From Octopus vulgaris (taxonomy: Eukaryota), in assembly GCA_951406725.2 (NCBI GenBank), contig OX597815.1, positions 113,770,001-113,834,000 of the forward strand: a stretch of DNA of 64,000 nucleotides, given 5' to 3'. Position numbers and translations under genes: made by a program. Every line of letters begins with the position of its first letter. The stretch's first letter is position 1. Positions 14,761 to 28,616 of this stretch are shown piece by piece. Under the pieces are notes generated by a model. The model was not told the origin of the DNA. It made no database searches and saw only the letters and a program-made list of their open reading frames with translations.

Positions 14761-17595
14761 ATGACCATAAATTACAACTAGGATTTGATTTTGCCCTTCA
14801 GCTTACTGAGATGAATGTCAGTAAATAAATACCAGTAATATAGTGTGGCTGATTCTATTAACTCTATCTCTGTCTCCTACAGCATATATGTGTCTAGCTG
14901 GAAGAAATGAATTTATCATTTCTGTACACAATCGTGTAGTTTCTATGTTTGTCTTATTAATCATAACTATCTTCTGTAGCAACAATGTCTTTGCAGAAAT
15001 GAGTGTCAGCGTTGTCTTGCCAACCAGTTACTGCAGCTATATATGTTGCTGCTATCTACATTCAACGTACATGATAATGGTTGCAGATAACTATGCAAGC
15101 TTAAATTGAAAAATTTTAAATGAAGGAATTAGAATGACCAGACAGTCTTGGTGTTATTTGGTACTTAAACTAAAAGATTTCATTACACTACTGATCACAT
15201 GCATGCACACACACGGGTTCAAGCAAAACTGTAGGGTTTAGCAGTTTGCTTCCCAGCCATATGATTTCAGTTTGAGTCCCAATTCATGGCACTTTGAGCA
15301 AGTGTCTTCTATTGTCCCTGGCCAACCAAGGCATTGTTATTGAATTTGGTAGAGAAACTAAAAGAAGCCTGTGTGTATGTGTTCCTTTGTAAATGAGTGT
15401 CACCATCTTATAAGCAGTGTCATTCATTTCTAATCCTCTGTAAAAACATGTCTGTTTTTGAAGAAGTATAACTTTCCTTGGATACAGGTGGTGTTTGGTA
15501 ACAAGGGCATCTGACAGTAGAATATCTGCTTCAATAAATTTGGTCTGACCCATGCAGTCATGGAAAAGTGAACATTGGAAATGATGAGTAGAGTACAATA
15601 GAGAATTTTTCTTACAAAGAAAAGTGACTTCAAAGTTTTGGCGTATACATGCTGTCACCTGAAACCTCTTACATTAATAGACCTATAAGAAAAATTCTGA
15701 ATAGACCTTAAAAGAAAAATGCTTTCAATTTATCACACATTATGATCTAAATAAGACCAGTCCGCCTTATGAACTCTCATACAAATCTTACTTTCAGTAC
15801 ACAGTTTTACAACTCAGCAATTTATGTGAAACTAATACCACCCTTTTTTGGTCAAACCAGCAAAAAATGTTTTTACAATCCTTTCCTATACACACCTGTC
15901 ATATAAGCATGTACTTTCTTTCTATCCTTTTCTATTCCTTTTCTTGTATAATCTCTTTTCTGTTCTCTCTTCAAACTCATTTATGCCAAACCTACTTTGC
16001 ATATTGCTTCTGCACTCTTGAAGAAATTGCAGACAAAGCTTGTAAAACTAAACTAATTTAGTGTCTGATAACAGCAGATCACCTGAAAATTCAACGTCAC
16101 TGTTAACTTTGTAAATACACACACATACACACACACTAGCACTAACATGCTATCTTAAAGATAGTGTTTTGATAGTAGCATGGGATGGAGCATGGGTAAA
16201 TGACAGGTGAAGTGCTGAGAGCCACCAGGCAAGAGAAAAGATACTGAATACCAAATATAGATTATAATTACGTTTATTCAGATGATGCCATGTGCCATTA
16301 CTTCAAGCCTAACAAATGTTTGATCTGATGGGTACGTTGGTGTATAATGAAATACTTGCCTTCGTTTATCCAAGATAAAAGTGGAACCTCATTGTTTCAG
16401 AGGCTAACAGAGACCAGGTGAATCATATAAAGGGCAGTAATTCCTGACTAAAAAGGTTTTTTTTTTTTTTTGTTTTAAGGAAAGAAGACTGTGTTTCACC
16501 TCACAGTAAAATTTGACATATGGATTAATTTTTAGTGTGGTTCCCTAAGTGAATTTAGCCCTTTGTATTACATCATACATGTAAAACAAATCTTTCTTAA
16601 AAGGAATAGTAACAAGAGTTAACAGTGGTTAAATTGTGGCTACTTTGCTTGATTTTACATGGATTTTTTTGAAAATGTGTTTAAAACCTATGGTACTTGG
16701 CTTAGATATTTTATTTCTCAGAAAAACAATGAGATTGCTAAATACCTAGTATCCACTATACAGTTGCTATCCTTCTGTGAGTTTCTAAGTGGGTTGCCAT
16801 TGCTCAGCTTAAAAACCTCTGGTCTGGGGTTAGTAATCGTTCAGGAATAAAGATTTTCTTGGTCCTCAAGAATAAAGCCCATCCTTGTGAAGCAGTTTTA
16901 GCAACATGTGTGGTTGCCATGTATATTGTTAAGAAATTAAGAGCAAGATACTTTTAGATGCCTGTTAAGTATGGAATTAAAAATATTGTCAGCTTACATT
17001 TTTGTGGGCCGGGATATTTTCGTAATACATGTTTTAATGCTGGTGAATAATAGCAGGTTGTCAAGTTGTCATCACAGGATCTTGTGAAGAGATCATTGTT
17101 CTAGGTTGAGGTACAGACTTAGTGAGAATTGTTGAATTTAGCTTATGGTTGAGCACACTGTGCATAGTTTCACATCCGATGTCTTTAAACTCTGTGAGTG
17201 TATATGAAGGTTTTATATTTCTTGCAGAAAACATGCATGTATAAATAATAGATATGCAGTATAATTTATATAAATTGTTTGTCTTTCTAATAGGAACTCT
17301 TTTTTTTTTCTTACAGTAAGTAATGTAAGAAAAATATCCTGGACAGACTGTCAAAAAGTGTTAGTTAATACTAGTTGGTTAAACAAATTTCTAAGCAAAC
17401 ATAGCAGTTGGCTCTCATAATTCTTAGTATATAACTTTAGCTTGAGACACTCCTAAGTACATTTATATGTTAAAAACAGTCTGAATTTGTTCTGAGTTTG
17501 CCTGCCAGATGAATGCACAAAGCAAGAAATTTGAGAGTAGCAACAATGTATCATCAGCTCTGGTCAAATTTTTACTCTTGTTTATATATCTAAGC

Positions 17596-17635
<40 letters not shown>

Positions 17636-19743
17636 AGTTAAAGCAGTTTATTTTTTAATCATGTGGTTTCATGGGCAAGTCTCTTTTACTATCATTGCTT
17701 CAGGCTAACTAATGCTTTATAAGTGAATTTACTAAATGGTAACTGTAAGGAGACTCATCGCATGCACACGTGTACATGTGTGTGAATGTTTGCATGGTAA
17801 AAATGCCCTGCGCTATAAACACTGATCTTTGTTGACATTGCTTGTAAACAGATTGTTCACTAGCTCTGCACTTTTGAAGACGAGTGGAAGAAAAACCCTT
17901 ACTTGAGAGGCAGGTAAAAATTAGCAACAAAGAGGTCATCTGTCTTGAAAAGACAATGTCTCAACAGTATATATTCACTTAATTGATGCTCACATAGAGA
18001 AAAAGGCATTTAAAACGATTGAATAATATGCTATATTATTGTTGAAAAGTACAATGAGGTGTAAATGTATCCCTAAATTAACTACCTAATAAGGAATGGA
18101 TTAATTTGAGCTTAATTACTATTAGATTATGAATTTTTTTATGTTCCCATGTATGAGGACAATCTCTTAGAACATTATTGTTGTCTCATCTGCTTTGTCC
18201 ATTACCATTCTTTCATTAGAAATGTGTATTAAAGTCTTGCAAACTGATTACATTAAGGTTTTTACTTAATATATTATAAATTCCATTTGGTTTCATTGTA
18301 CTGATATTAATTTGCTTTTCATGTGTAACATTCCTGTCTAATACTCATATCACAATGGAATTAATATTCATTTGAAATGCTTTCTTAATAATACTCAAGT
18401 GTTTGCAATATTGTTTTGTTAGGTCTATTCTTACTCTATAGAGTTGTTGGTTTGCTACTTTTGAAGTTTGCTTACACTATAGACATGTGGTTTGCCTTTA
18501 TCCTTTACCTTCAAACACCTTCAAAAAGCTTCCCAACTGAATGTTGGTTCTGGTCAGTAGAGTTTTTCTTTTTTAATCTTCCTTTTTATTTTTCTCTGTT
18601 TATTTATGGAACTCTTTAGAAATGCTGCAATTTTGGATGTCTGTATGCTGTTATCTTTCTGGCATTTCTCTCCAAACACATTGGCAGATATTTTGCATGT
18701 TTTCCTGAGCTCCCAAACTCTTTTGCTATCATATAGTTGTATATTGTTTCTTGGAGTGAGGGAAGTGGGGTTGTCAGCATATCTCAGCTGTTTAGTATCA
18801 ACAACTTGGACCTCATTTTACTTTTTTATCATTAATGTTAACCCTTTTAGTAAGATTTATGCCTACAAAATCTGTATATGATGTTTGATATTGAGATGAA
18901 AAATTGCATGACCTTTTAACGTCTTCCATTTTATTTTCTTAATCATGTTTCAATCATTCTATAATTATGATGTTACCTTTCTGTCTCTGCTTAATTAATA
19001 TTTACCATGTAATCTCAAGATTTGGAACTATTTTTATGAGTTACATTGTACAATGAATGAAATGAAATTACTAGCCATGCAATATCTAATGAGCTTTTGT
19101 GTGTAAATGAAGCTTGATACTTTAACCATAATTATCATCACATTAAAGAAATGAATTGGCTAAAATAGGGATCTCTGAACTTATGACCTAATATTGATAC
19201 TTACTTCTCTCATTTGTAGATTAAGGTCTATTTGTTGCTGGTTTGGTCTCAGTCTGTGAACATTCACATTTTTTTGTGATCTAGAACTACATTATCTAAT
19301 GTCCATCTTTTTAAGATTGTAAATATGTGATTTTGTGGGAGATTCAGCTGTTACTTGTAGTAGATCAACTGACCATGAAGATCCCTGTTAGTGTAGCAGT
19401 GGAATGGAAACTTTTTAGGGATTCTTTTTGTTGTTTCTTGAATAGATGACATTCCATCTGTCTTCCATAAAATTACAGTCAGTCATCAGTCAAGGAGTTA
19501 CTTGCACCACTTGTGACCTGCCACCTCTTTCAGACTAGAATTCCAATAATATTCTTTATAGTACCCAATTTGGTTTCTCACTTGTTCTAAATTCAAATCC
19601 TGCCAATGATATAGAGAAAGTTTAATGGAACGTGACCTGTGCAGATAATGTCACAAATAACTTCATAAATTGTGTAACCTGGAATTGTACCAAAAATATT
19701 AATTAGATAACAAGTAAACATATAAGTAACCACAAGCATTTGT

Positions 19744-19781
<38 letters not shown>

Positions 19782-22700
19782 TACTTTCTCTCTCTCCCTC
19801 TCTCTCTCTCTCACTCTCCCTCCTCTCTCTCTCACTCTGCAATTTTTCATTTGGTTTGGATGTGTTTTATGCATCACTCCTCCTTTTTCTGTTTAAAAAA
19901 AAATAGTCTGAAATATTTCTATTGGTTGAATACAAGGAAAAAAAAAAGAAAGAAAAGCAAAAAGGAAGAGAAAGTGTGAAAGTGTTTGTGCTGTGTGTTG
20001 ATGCACTTGCTCACATGTTGTATAGTGTTTTTATAACCATGTTTTGAGACATAGCTTGTTGATAACAATGCGTAACCATGATATTACACATTGATAACTT
20101 AAGTATACAACAAACTGCCTCTGGCTTCAAACCTTGCAGATTTATGGCTCATTCAGAACACCAGGGCCTGACTGTTAGCAGATTTAACTGTAGGGGTTAG
20201 GGATAGAAAGAGTGATTTGTGACAGCTGGAGGTAGTGGTGATAGTAGTAGTAGAAGCAGCAGGGAAAATTCAATAATGATGCTAATGAAAGATTCTTTGC
20301 CATTGCTGCTATTTCAAGAGACTGTGTTGCTGTATCTCAGTAAAATCCCTTTGAATGAGTAATATCAAGCTTCCTCGCTCCCATTCATGTAATCTCCAAT
20401 GTCATTTTTAAGTACCTTACACTTACTGATGTTAAGTGATAGTGACGGTGTAAGGAGTTATTATTGCTTGTAGTAGTTATTCAGGTATGATAACAGGAAT
20501 GTAAAGCAAGATTGTGTGATGTTCATGCCCTTCTTAAAGACAATCACAATGACAATCACTTCTGAATGTATCCATGTTCAGTCCCTGGATAAATAATGTT
20601 AATTTCTTACATTGACACAAGACTACACATTCTATGAATCTATGGGGGAACCTCTTCATAATCATTCAAACTGCTGGAAGTAGCAGCCAAATCTTCTAGT
20701 TAGACCTGACTCATAAAGAATTCTTAAAGAAAGAGCTTCAGTAAAATGCAGTGTTTTATATATAATCTGGAAGAGAAGTGTGAGAATAGTAACACCTTTG
20801 GTCATCAGGCTGGTATGCTCAGTCAGTGCTCACCTGGGGCTAGACAACATCAACAAATTTGTAAAGGGACTATATCTAGGAGATTGAATTGTTCATTTTA
20901 ATACAAGTAATGAATTGAAGAATGAAAAGCAAAGTCAATTCTACCAGGGTTTATTTGTCCCTTATCTTTTACTTGCTTCACTCACTGGACTGCATCCATT
21001 CTGGGGTACTGCCTTGAAGTTTTCAGTCAAATAAATTAACCCCAGAACTTTTTTTAAGCCTGGTACAGTACATATTCTACTGGTCCCTTTTGCCAAACCA
21101 CTCAGTTACCAGTACATAAACAAACCAATACCAGTAGTCAAATGATGGTGGATGACAAACACATACACACACACACACACAGCAGGATTCTTTCAGTTTC
21201 CTTCTTTCTAATCCACTCACAAGGCTTTGGTCAGCCCAAGGCAGTAGTTGAAGACACTTGCCCAAGGTGCTATGTAGTGGGACTGAACCCAGAACCATGT
21301 GATTGGGAAGCAAACTTCTTGCCACACATTTGGTTCTTTACCTCATCATTTCAAATTTTAACTATGATAAGATTAATAATAAATTTCAATTCTCACTAAT
21401 TGTGGTAATTTGTAGCAGAATCAGTAAATTACTGAACAAAATACTTTGTGGCATTTGGTTATGTCTTTTACACATGCTGAATTCACATTTAGCTCAGGCT
21501 GACTTTGAGTCTCACTCTCCTCTGGTTGATAAAATAAATACCATCAAAGTCCTGGGAGTCACTATAATTAACCATATCCTTGCAGGAGATAACCCAGTAT
21601 GGCTACATCCAATGTCTGAAATCAGTAAAAGAATAGAGGTGAGCTATCAGTACACTGTTTCCTTCAGTTATGGATGGAATGCTTAATGCAATATCCATCA
21701 TTCTAACAAGGCATCTATGTCAAGTTGAATATAAAAATTACCTTTTGTTATTAATACTGCTTCCATCGCTAGTAATTAATTTTTAACAAATCTGATTGCT
21801 CTTTGCAACATTAATATTTTAAATATTGTTGATATTCTATATATTGTAGCAGTGAAATTTGACTGGCATGCAATGACCGGATGCTTCTCATTGGTGATTT
21901 CCTGTTGAATGAAATCACATGATATGGGAATTCCAGAACCCATGACAGACAATTTTTGCCTGCTACAATCTGTGTGTGTGCTTTTATGTACCAAGCACCT
22001 ATATGAGGGGATCTCTCATGGCTAATAATGCGGTGTTTGGTGTTCTAACAAGACATCCATATTAAGCCGGATAATGGATTAACATTCATAGACTCTAATA
22101 GACCAGCAATAAATTGTCATTCATGACAGAATCTGGGTAGCAGAGATTCACCTACTCCATTCCATCTCCAATCACGTATGAACTGAAGGAATTGTTTCTC
22201 CTATGTTGAAAACTTAACTTTTAATCAACTTATTATTATTTTTATTTTATTAATGATGATGATGATGATGATGACTACAACAACAACAACATTGTCAGCA
22301 TAAAATTATTTTAGTGCTGGAAGAAGCCCAAAATCTGAAGTAGGAAGAGAAGCTTTGTCTGATGCCTCCCATCTCCACTCAGTGTTACACAATGTTTTCT
22401 GTCTGTGAAACGAGTCATTTCAAAGTATATAAGAGTGAAAAAAAACACACTATATTAACAATTGATTGCCCTGACCCCAAGACCATCTACAAATTGTAAC
22501 TTCCCTTTTCTAAAACAGGAAATAAATATTATGTTCCATTCCACTTGGCATTTTTAAATTAGCAGCAAGTAACTCTTTTAGCAGTCAATTGGCACTAGGT
22601 CATTCCCATCTGAGGAAAGAACATGCCAGTCAAAACTTGGCTGTGTCTGAATGATGTAAAATATTTACAATATTCTTCCTTACTAATTAAGAAAATAGTA

Positions 22701-22864
22701 ATTTTTTTATTTTAAACAAAAGGAAAGAAAAAACAGTTAGTTTAGTGTTAATAGTAAATTATGATGATGCAATTAACATATGTTTATGGTGGCTGCTTCT
22801 GCTACTAACACTACTACTACTACTACTGTTGTTGATTATGATTTTGACTATATCAGTCCCTTAA

Positions 22865-23084
22865 CTCTTTCGTTACTGTATTTATTTTGAGATGCTCTGT
22901 GTTTCTTTCAATTACTTTAAATATAATAAATAATTTAGTAAAATAACTTAATTATCATTAAGCTAGTGTTAGGAACATAAATTGTGACGAAAGTTTGGTG
23001 GAAGATTTTAATTCAAAACTTATGGAAACAAGACATTTGTACTCAGAGCCAGAGCCGGTTTCAGCCGGGTTGGTAATGAAAGGG
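22865..23084 (+). mobile_element. TTAA-flanked (piggyBac-like) MITE family 1, copy a
   Basis: TTAA-CTCTTTCGTTAC...GTAATGAAAGGG-TTAA; near-identical to copies at 44029 and 33519. Confidence 0.88.
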
Positions 23085-23378
23085 TTAAGGCAACGAGCTG
23101 GTAGAATCATTAGCACACTGGACAAAATGCTTATTTTGTCCATCTTCACATTCCGAGTTCAAATTTCACTGAGTTTGACTTTGCCCTTCATCCCTCCAGG
23201 GTTGATAAAATAAATACTAGTTGAACACTGGGGTCGATGTAATCAACTTACCCAACCCCCAAAACTGCTGGCCTTGTGCCAAAATTTGAAACCAATGTAT
23301 TAACCATTTGCTACCCTTTTTATTTATTTTTGCTGAAGGCAGTCCATATAGTTGAAAGGTTAGTGCATTACACTAGAA

Positions 23379-23744
23379 CAGTAGTTTCACTACCAAAGAC
23401 CTCTTTTACTTAAATGAGTTTTCCTACAGACTTCTTTTAATATGCTTATCCTTATGTGTGTGTGTGTGTGTGTGTATAAAGTTAATCCAAACATGAAAAC
23501 ACAACAATGCGAGGACGTGGAACAAGTATAGTGTTATTGGACGCTCAGGAAAGAAGGAGGGTTTAACGTTTTGAGCAGAGCTCTTCGTCAGAAACATAGG
23601 AAAAGGAAAGATCCAAAGAAGGGAAGACGGAAGAAAAAAATCGCCAATGGTACACATGCGGTCACATTTTATATATATGAAATTTTGAATTTAGTTCATG
23701 GATCCCCAATACCACCTTTGCAGACCACAGGTTGGGAACCACTG
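23379..23744. mobile_element. hAT (Charlie-like) MITE containing a nested (TG)n plus hammerhead-bearing fragment
   Basis: Ends CAGTAGTTTCAC / GTTGGGAACCACTG; TSD cactagaa / cattagac. Confidence 0.65.
23561..23595 (-). ncRNA. Minimal hammerhead motif in a second, Penelope-like terminal fragment (element ~23476-23670)
   Basis: Minus strand reads GUUU-CUGACGA-A-GAGC(ucu)GCUC-AAAACGUU-AAAC. Stem I GUUU/AAAC, stem II GAGC/GCUC and palindromic AACGUU are present. The core G is changed to A at a CpG site. Confidence 0.65.
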
Positions 23745-23898
23745 CATTAGACACTACAATATTTAGTATTATACATTACAGCTTAGAGTTCAAATCCTGT
23801 TAAGGCTCACTGCTTTTTCTTCCAGGTTCAATAAGTAGAATTAAATCCATCAACTGTTCTCACCCCCAAATCTGTTGGAATAAATATATGAACCTTAA

Positions 23899-24110
23899 CC
23901 CCTTAGCATTCAAACCAGCCATATCTGATTCACATATTCTGTTTTATGTTAAAACCATCCAGAGCCAGCATCTCACACTTTCACTACAATGTTATTCTAA
24001 AAGTAGGTAATCACATCATTGAAATCTCAAAGTTATGAGATAATGCATGATTAATATAAAATAGCATAAATAGACATAATATTTGATACAGAAACCTGAA
24101 TGCTAAAGAA
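23899..24110 (+). mobile_element. TTAA MITE family 2, copy a
   Basis: TTAA-CCCCTTAGCATTCA...TGAATGCTAAAGAA-TTAA. Confidence 0.75.
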
Positions 24111-24220
24111 TTAATGTTTGGTCTTGGAGTATATTAGAGAATGATTGATAGGATTTGAGCAAGATCTTTCACTGTTGTGAGATGCACCCTGCATAGTAAG
24201 TAGGCGAACTATATTCCAAA

Positions 24221-24440
24221 GGCGGCGAGCTGGCAGAAACGTTAGCGCGCTGGGCGAAATGTTTAGCGGTATTTCGTCTGTCGTTATGTTCTGAGTTCAA
24301 ATTCCGCCGAGGTCGACTTTGCCTTTCATCCTTTCGGGGTCGATAAATAAAGTACCAGTTTTGCAACTGGGGTCAGTGTAATTCCTTTGTCCTTGTTTGT
24401 CCCCTCTATGTTTAGCCCCTTGTGGGCAGTAAAGAAATAT
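24221..24440 (+). mobile_element. tRNA-derived SINE family A (best-preserved copy; Meta/Sauria-like core gactttgcctttcatcctttcggggtcgataa)
   Basis: A-box-like tggcagaaacgttag, B-box gagttcaaattcc and a conserved core. Many decayed copies occur across the window, e.g. 23089-23296, 8385-8590, 21400-21620. Confidence 0.85.
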
Positions 24441-25059
24441 ATATTCCAATATCTACCTGTAGCAAGTCTTGCTTATCAAAAGATTTTTACTTGGTGCTGT
24501 AAACCAACAAAACACTCCCCGGTAACACAATTGCTTGATATACCCTCTTTTCACCTAGTTGAACTGGGCTGTTAAGAGATAAGTTACCCAAATACTCACT
24601 ACAATACTGGTTGAAGAATATGACATGATCTGTTGCGCATTGCCTGCAGTCCAACATCCTAACAAGGACATGGCTAGCTGTGGCTCTCAGAACAATCGTG
24701 TATGTTTTGCTATTTTAGGTATCACTGTAATAATAACTTCCAAAAACTGGTTTTCATTCAGAATTGTCTTGAGTGTTGGAAGATAATGATGTTTGGAGTG
24801 GTCAGGTCACTTAAATTATTGTGTTCTTTGAGTTGTTTATTCTCACTTTTGTAGAATATGAAACACAGATAAGAGAAAAAAAATATCTCAAGTGTTTACT
24901 GTTCCCCACTTTGTCTCCACTTCATAACTAACTTCATAATAGACCTGCTCTTGATGCTTATATTACAAAATTTCAAATTTCTTCTTTATAGTATTGTGTT
25001 GAATAATTGCCTGTATTTGTATATCTGAGATGTATTGAGTAATGATGATAGCAATGATT

Positions 25060-26075
25060 TCTGATTTAGGCACAAGTCTAGCAGTTTTACAGAGAGAGAG
25101 AGTTAGTAAATACCATTGACCCCAGTACTTGACTCATACTTTAATTAATTTATTGATCCTGTGGGGAATGGAAGGCAAAGTTGACTTTGATGGGATTTGA
25201 ATTCAAAATATAATGTGTAGGAAGAAATGACTGCAAAGTATTTTGTCCAAGGTGCAGGAGTGGCTGTGTGGTAAGTAGCTTGCTTACCAACCACATGGTT
25301 CCGGGTTCAGTCCCACTGCATGGCACCTTGGGCAAGTGTCTTCTATAGCTTCAAGCTGACCAAAGCCTTGTGAGTGGATTTGGTACACAGAAACTGAAAG
25401 AAGCCTGTCGTGTATATATGTGTCTGTGTTTGTCCCCACCAACATCACTTGACAACTGATGCTAGTATGTTTATGTCCCCGTAACTTAGCAGTTCAGCAA
25501 AATAGAATGATAGAATAAGTACTAGGCTTACAAAGAATAAGTCCTGGGGTCAGTTTGCTCAACTAAAGGCAGTGCTCCAGCATGGCCACAGTCAAATGAC
25601 TGAAACAAGTAAAAGAGTAAAGAATGCTCTAATGATTCTGTCAGCTCACCATCTTTGGTTTCTAATTTAGGTAAAAGGTGAGCAATTTTGAGGTGAGTTG
25701 GTTAGTTGATATCACCAACCCCAGTACTTTATTTTATTGATCCTAGAGGGATGAAAGGCAAAGTTGATTTCAGTGGAATTTGAACTCGGATTGTAAAGAG
25801 CCAGAACAAATAACACAAAGTATTATTCTAATGCTTTTGCTAGCTCATCACTTTCAAGTAATGATTATTTTTATTGTAGGCACTAGGCCTGAAATATTTG
25901 TCTGGGGTCCCCTCCCCCTTTCCCCAGTGCTCAACTGGTACCTATTTTATCAACCCTGAATGAATGAAAGTAAAGTCAACTTTGGCAACATATGAACTCA
26001 GGTTGTAAAACCAGAAAAAATGTTGCTAAGCATTTTGTCTGACATGCTGACAAATCTGCCAGCATGCCATCTTCA
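25060..26075 (-). mobile_element. Cluster of three family-A SINEs (minus) with a nested family-B SINE
   Basis: The host copy is split at 25250/25622. Confidence 0.8.
25251..25622 (+). mobile_element. tRNA-derived SINE family B, near-full-length
   Basis: Head ggagtggctgtgtggtaag...ggttcagtccc, core ggcaccttgggcaagtgtctt, internal (TG)n, tail gaaacaagtaaaaga. Other copies at ~9795 (+), 11270 (-), 12465-13180 (-), 15220 (+), 20960-21330 (-), 27220 (-), 39146 (+), 42340 (+), 57915 (+). Confidence 0.88.
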
Positions 26076-27399
26076 ATAATAACGATAATCTGACAATTTT
26101 GTTTTTAGCGATATTGTTTTATGCTGCATTTTAATCAATGTAGCCTTTCCAATGTCATCAAGTGTGTCATATTTTTTGGTTCTTTTTCCTGATGGCAATA
26201 ATTTTTACAGGCTGTCCTACTGTTAACCATTTAAGTGTGACGTAGGAGTGGAATCTGTTGATTGTCCAGTAAACTAAAGCCAGCAAAGTAATGCATATCA
26301 TTCAGGGCATGAGACATATACTTTAGTAAGGTTTGAACTCCTGATCAAGTTGCCAGTAGACCAAACCCTTATTCTCTCAACAATTGTCTCTGATCTTTTT
26401 TTTTTCTTGCTTTCTTACTTTCATTTTCACTGGGTCAGAAAAGCAGTGCTGTGTTCTAAAGAACACTCAAGTATTATTGGGTAATTATTTATAATAAAAG
26501 TCTCTGTGTTCATTCATTACCAAGAATGAATCTTGTATGTATGTGTGTGTGTAATACATGGCACCTGATGAAGATGAATGGAATATGAAAATACTAATTA
26601 CAGTGTTCATAAATTTAAGAAACTCAAGAAATTAATAGGTCAATCGGTTTTAATATGAGTGTCTTACCTTATTTCATTTATAGATGTTTCATAGTTTTAA
26701 TTTTTTCTCTCTCACTCTTATGGTTACATGTTTAATTAGTGTAGTTTTAATTGAACATTCAATCACTGCCAATATGAGAATTTGCTTTTGCTACAATTTT
26801 TTATGTAAACTTTATCATAATCATCTTCACCATCGTCACACTAATGTCCACTTTTCTATGCTTGCACGGGTCAGAATTTATTATGTTAGGTTTTTTTATG
26901 GCCAAATGCCTTTCCTGTCACCAACCCTCACTGGTTTCCAAGCAAGGTAATATTTCCTACTGGACATGTTGAGATCAGCTGTCACAGAAGATTGGAAATG
27001 AATGACACTGCTTGTATGACAATGAATTACAACTCTTATTAATTCCCCTCCAATCAACTGTTCCTTCAAAAAGGACTGTCTGAAATGTTTGGTTTTCCAT
27101 TCCCCACTACAAATTCACTTTACTCTTTTTATTGATTTTACTAAATGATACAAGTTTTGCTGATGCAGACCAACACAAGTATCTTTGGTGTCAGTCTGAT
27201 CACATATATTTATTTATGCCTGATGGGTTTCTTTCAGTTTCTGTCTTCCAAATCCACTCGCAATGTTTTGGTTGATCCAGGGCTATAGTAGGAATCACTT
27301 TACCAAGGTGCCATGCAGTGGGACTTGAGCTGAAGCCATGTATTTGGGAATCAAATTTCTTAACTATGCACATATTATTATATACACGTATTATATTAT

Positions 27400-27650
27400 G
27401 GCTAGGAGCTGGTTTGACCAGTGTTTACTTGGAGCTTGGCCCAGCTAGTATTGCCAGCAGCTAGCTAGGCTGGTCAACTTGTCTATGCTAAGGACTGGCT
27501 TGGTCAACTTGGTATTGCTAGGTGCTGGCTTAGCTGACTATATATTTATTCATAGCAGCTGGCTTGGCCAACTTGTTTTTGCCAAGAGCTGATTTGGCCA
27601 ACTTGCTTATACCAAGAACGGATTTGGCCAACTTGCTTTTGCCAAGATTT
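27400..27650. repeat. 30-bp minisatellite (consensus GCTGGCTTGGCCAACTTGCTTTTGCCAAGA), about 7-8 degenerate units
   Basis: The last three units are regular 30-mers and earlier units are progressively more diverged. Confidence 0.85.
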
Positions 27651-28267
27651 GGTTGGTTCTGCGCCTTTGCTTGACACTTACTTGTTGAGCTGACTTGCTA
27701 TGTCATGCAAAGTTATTGCATACATTAAATTAGATTGAAACCTTTAAGGAAAAAAAAAAGTAATAAATAAAATAATTAGGTCGTTAAAATGAAATGACAA
27801 TCTATTTGAAATCAAACTAATTAATGGCAAAAGAAAGAAACCTATATCTTAAGGGTAGAATCTTCATTTAGTTTTGCTATAAAAAAATAGTAAGATTTAA
27901 AAGAATTTTCTTTTAAATCTTTTTTTTTTTTTCTATTTTCTTGGAGTTGGGCTTATAATTATTTGCATTTTTACATTTATTTTTGATTTCTACACCATTC
28001 ATTTTTCAGTAAAGATAAATTATTTTGTTTCTATCTGGGTTCTCTCTCTCTCTCTCTCTCCCCCTCTCAGTGACTGGGCTTTGGCTCTCTCTGCTTGTAT
28101 GTTTGTTTCTCTGTCTTCCTGCTTGTTTGTGTCATTCTGTCTGTTCAACAGTATTTGTTCTGTTGAGAGATGTGTCAAAGTTAATAGCTTTGTTCCCCTT
28201 TTTTTCATCTTTTCTCCTCCCTCTCCCCTTGATAAACTGCCAATAGTAATTAGTTTCTGTTGTGTTG

Positions 28268-28318
<51 letters not shown>
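28268..28318. repeat. (TA)n microsatellite
   Basis: Direct observation. Confidence 0.97.
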
Positions 28319-28320
<2 letters not shown>

Positions 28321-28592
28321 TAGTGTGACTGCTCACACACTGTTATTCCATCCAGTTTTAATGTTGCCTTATATAAATCAGTTGATGTTGAAAGCATTGC
28401 ACTTGAGTGACAACTGAACTACTTGTCACATAAATGTCACCTCTTCTGCAACCCTAACAACAACAATATCAAAAAATATACTACAGTCAGGTCAACATTA
28501 TATGTGCTTTAACACACACATGCACGCACTGGGGATGTCTTCATTCATTTAGATTTTTTTTTTTTAATATACATCAAGGGTAATCAGTGATA

Positions 28593-28616
28593 ATGAAATG
28601 CTTACACATGATCTTG
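28593..28616 (+). CDS. Candidate alternative first coding exon MKCLHMIL (splices in frame to MTEGR)
   Basis: First ATG after in-frame TAA (28581), 8 codons, then a perfect TTG|GTAAGT donor in phase 0. Lies in a TE-poor block with TATATAAA at 28370-28377. Confidence 0.35.

Noticed and set aside
16347-16423. Alternative first exon MKYLPSFIQDK... ending at CAG|GTGAAT
   Set aside because: The donor is in phase 2, incompatible with exon 2, and the phase-0 frame has a stop and no ATG.
27558-27674. Pentapeptide-repeat protein exon
   Set aside because: The frame is broken in upstream units, a stop follows, and there are no suitable splice sites.
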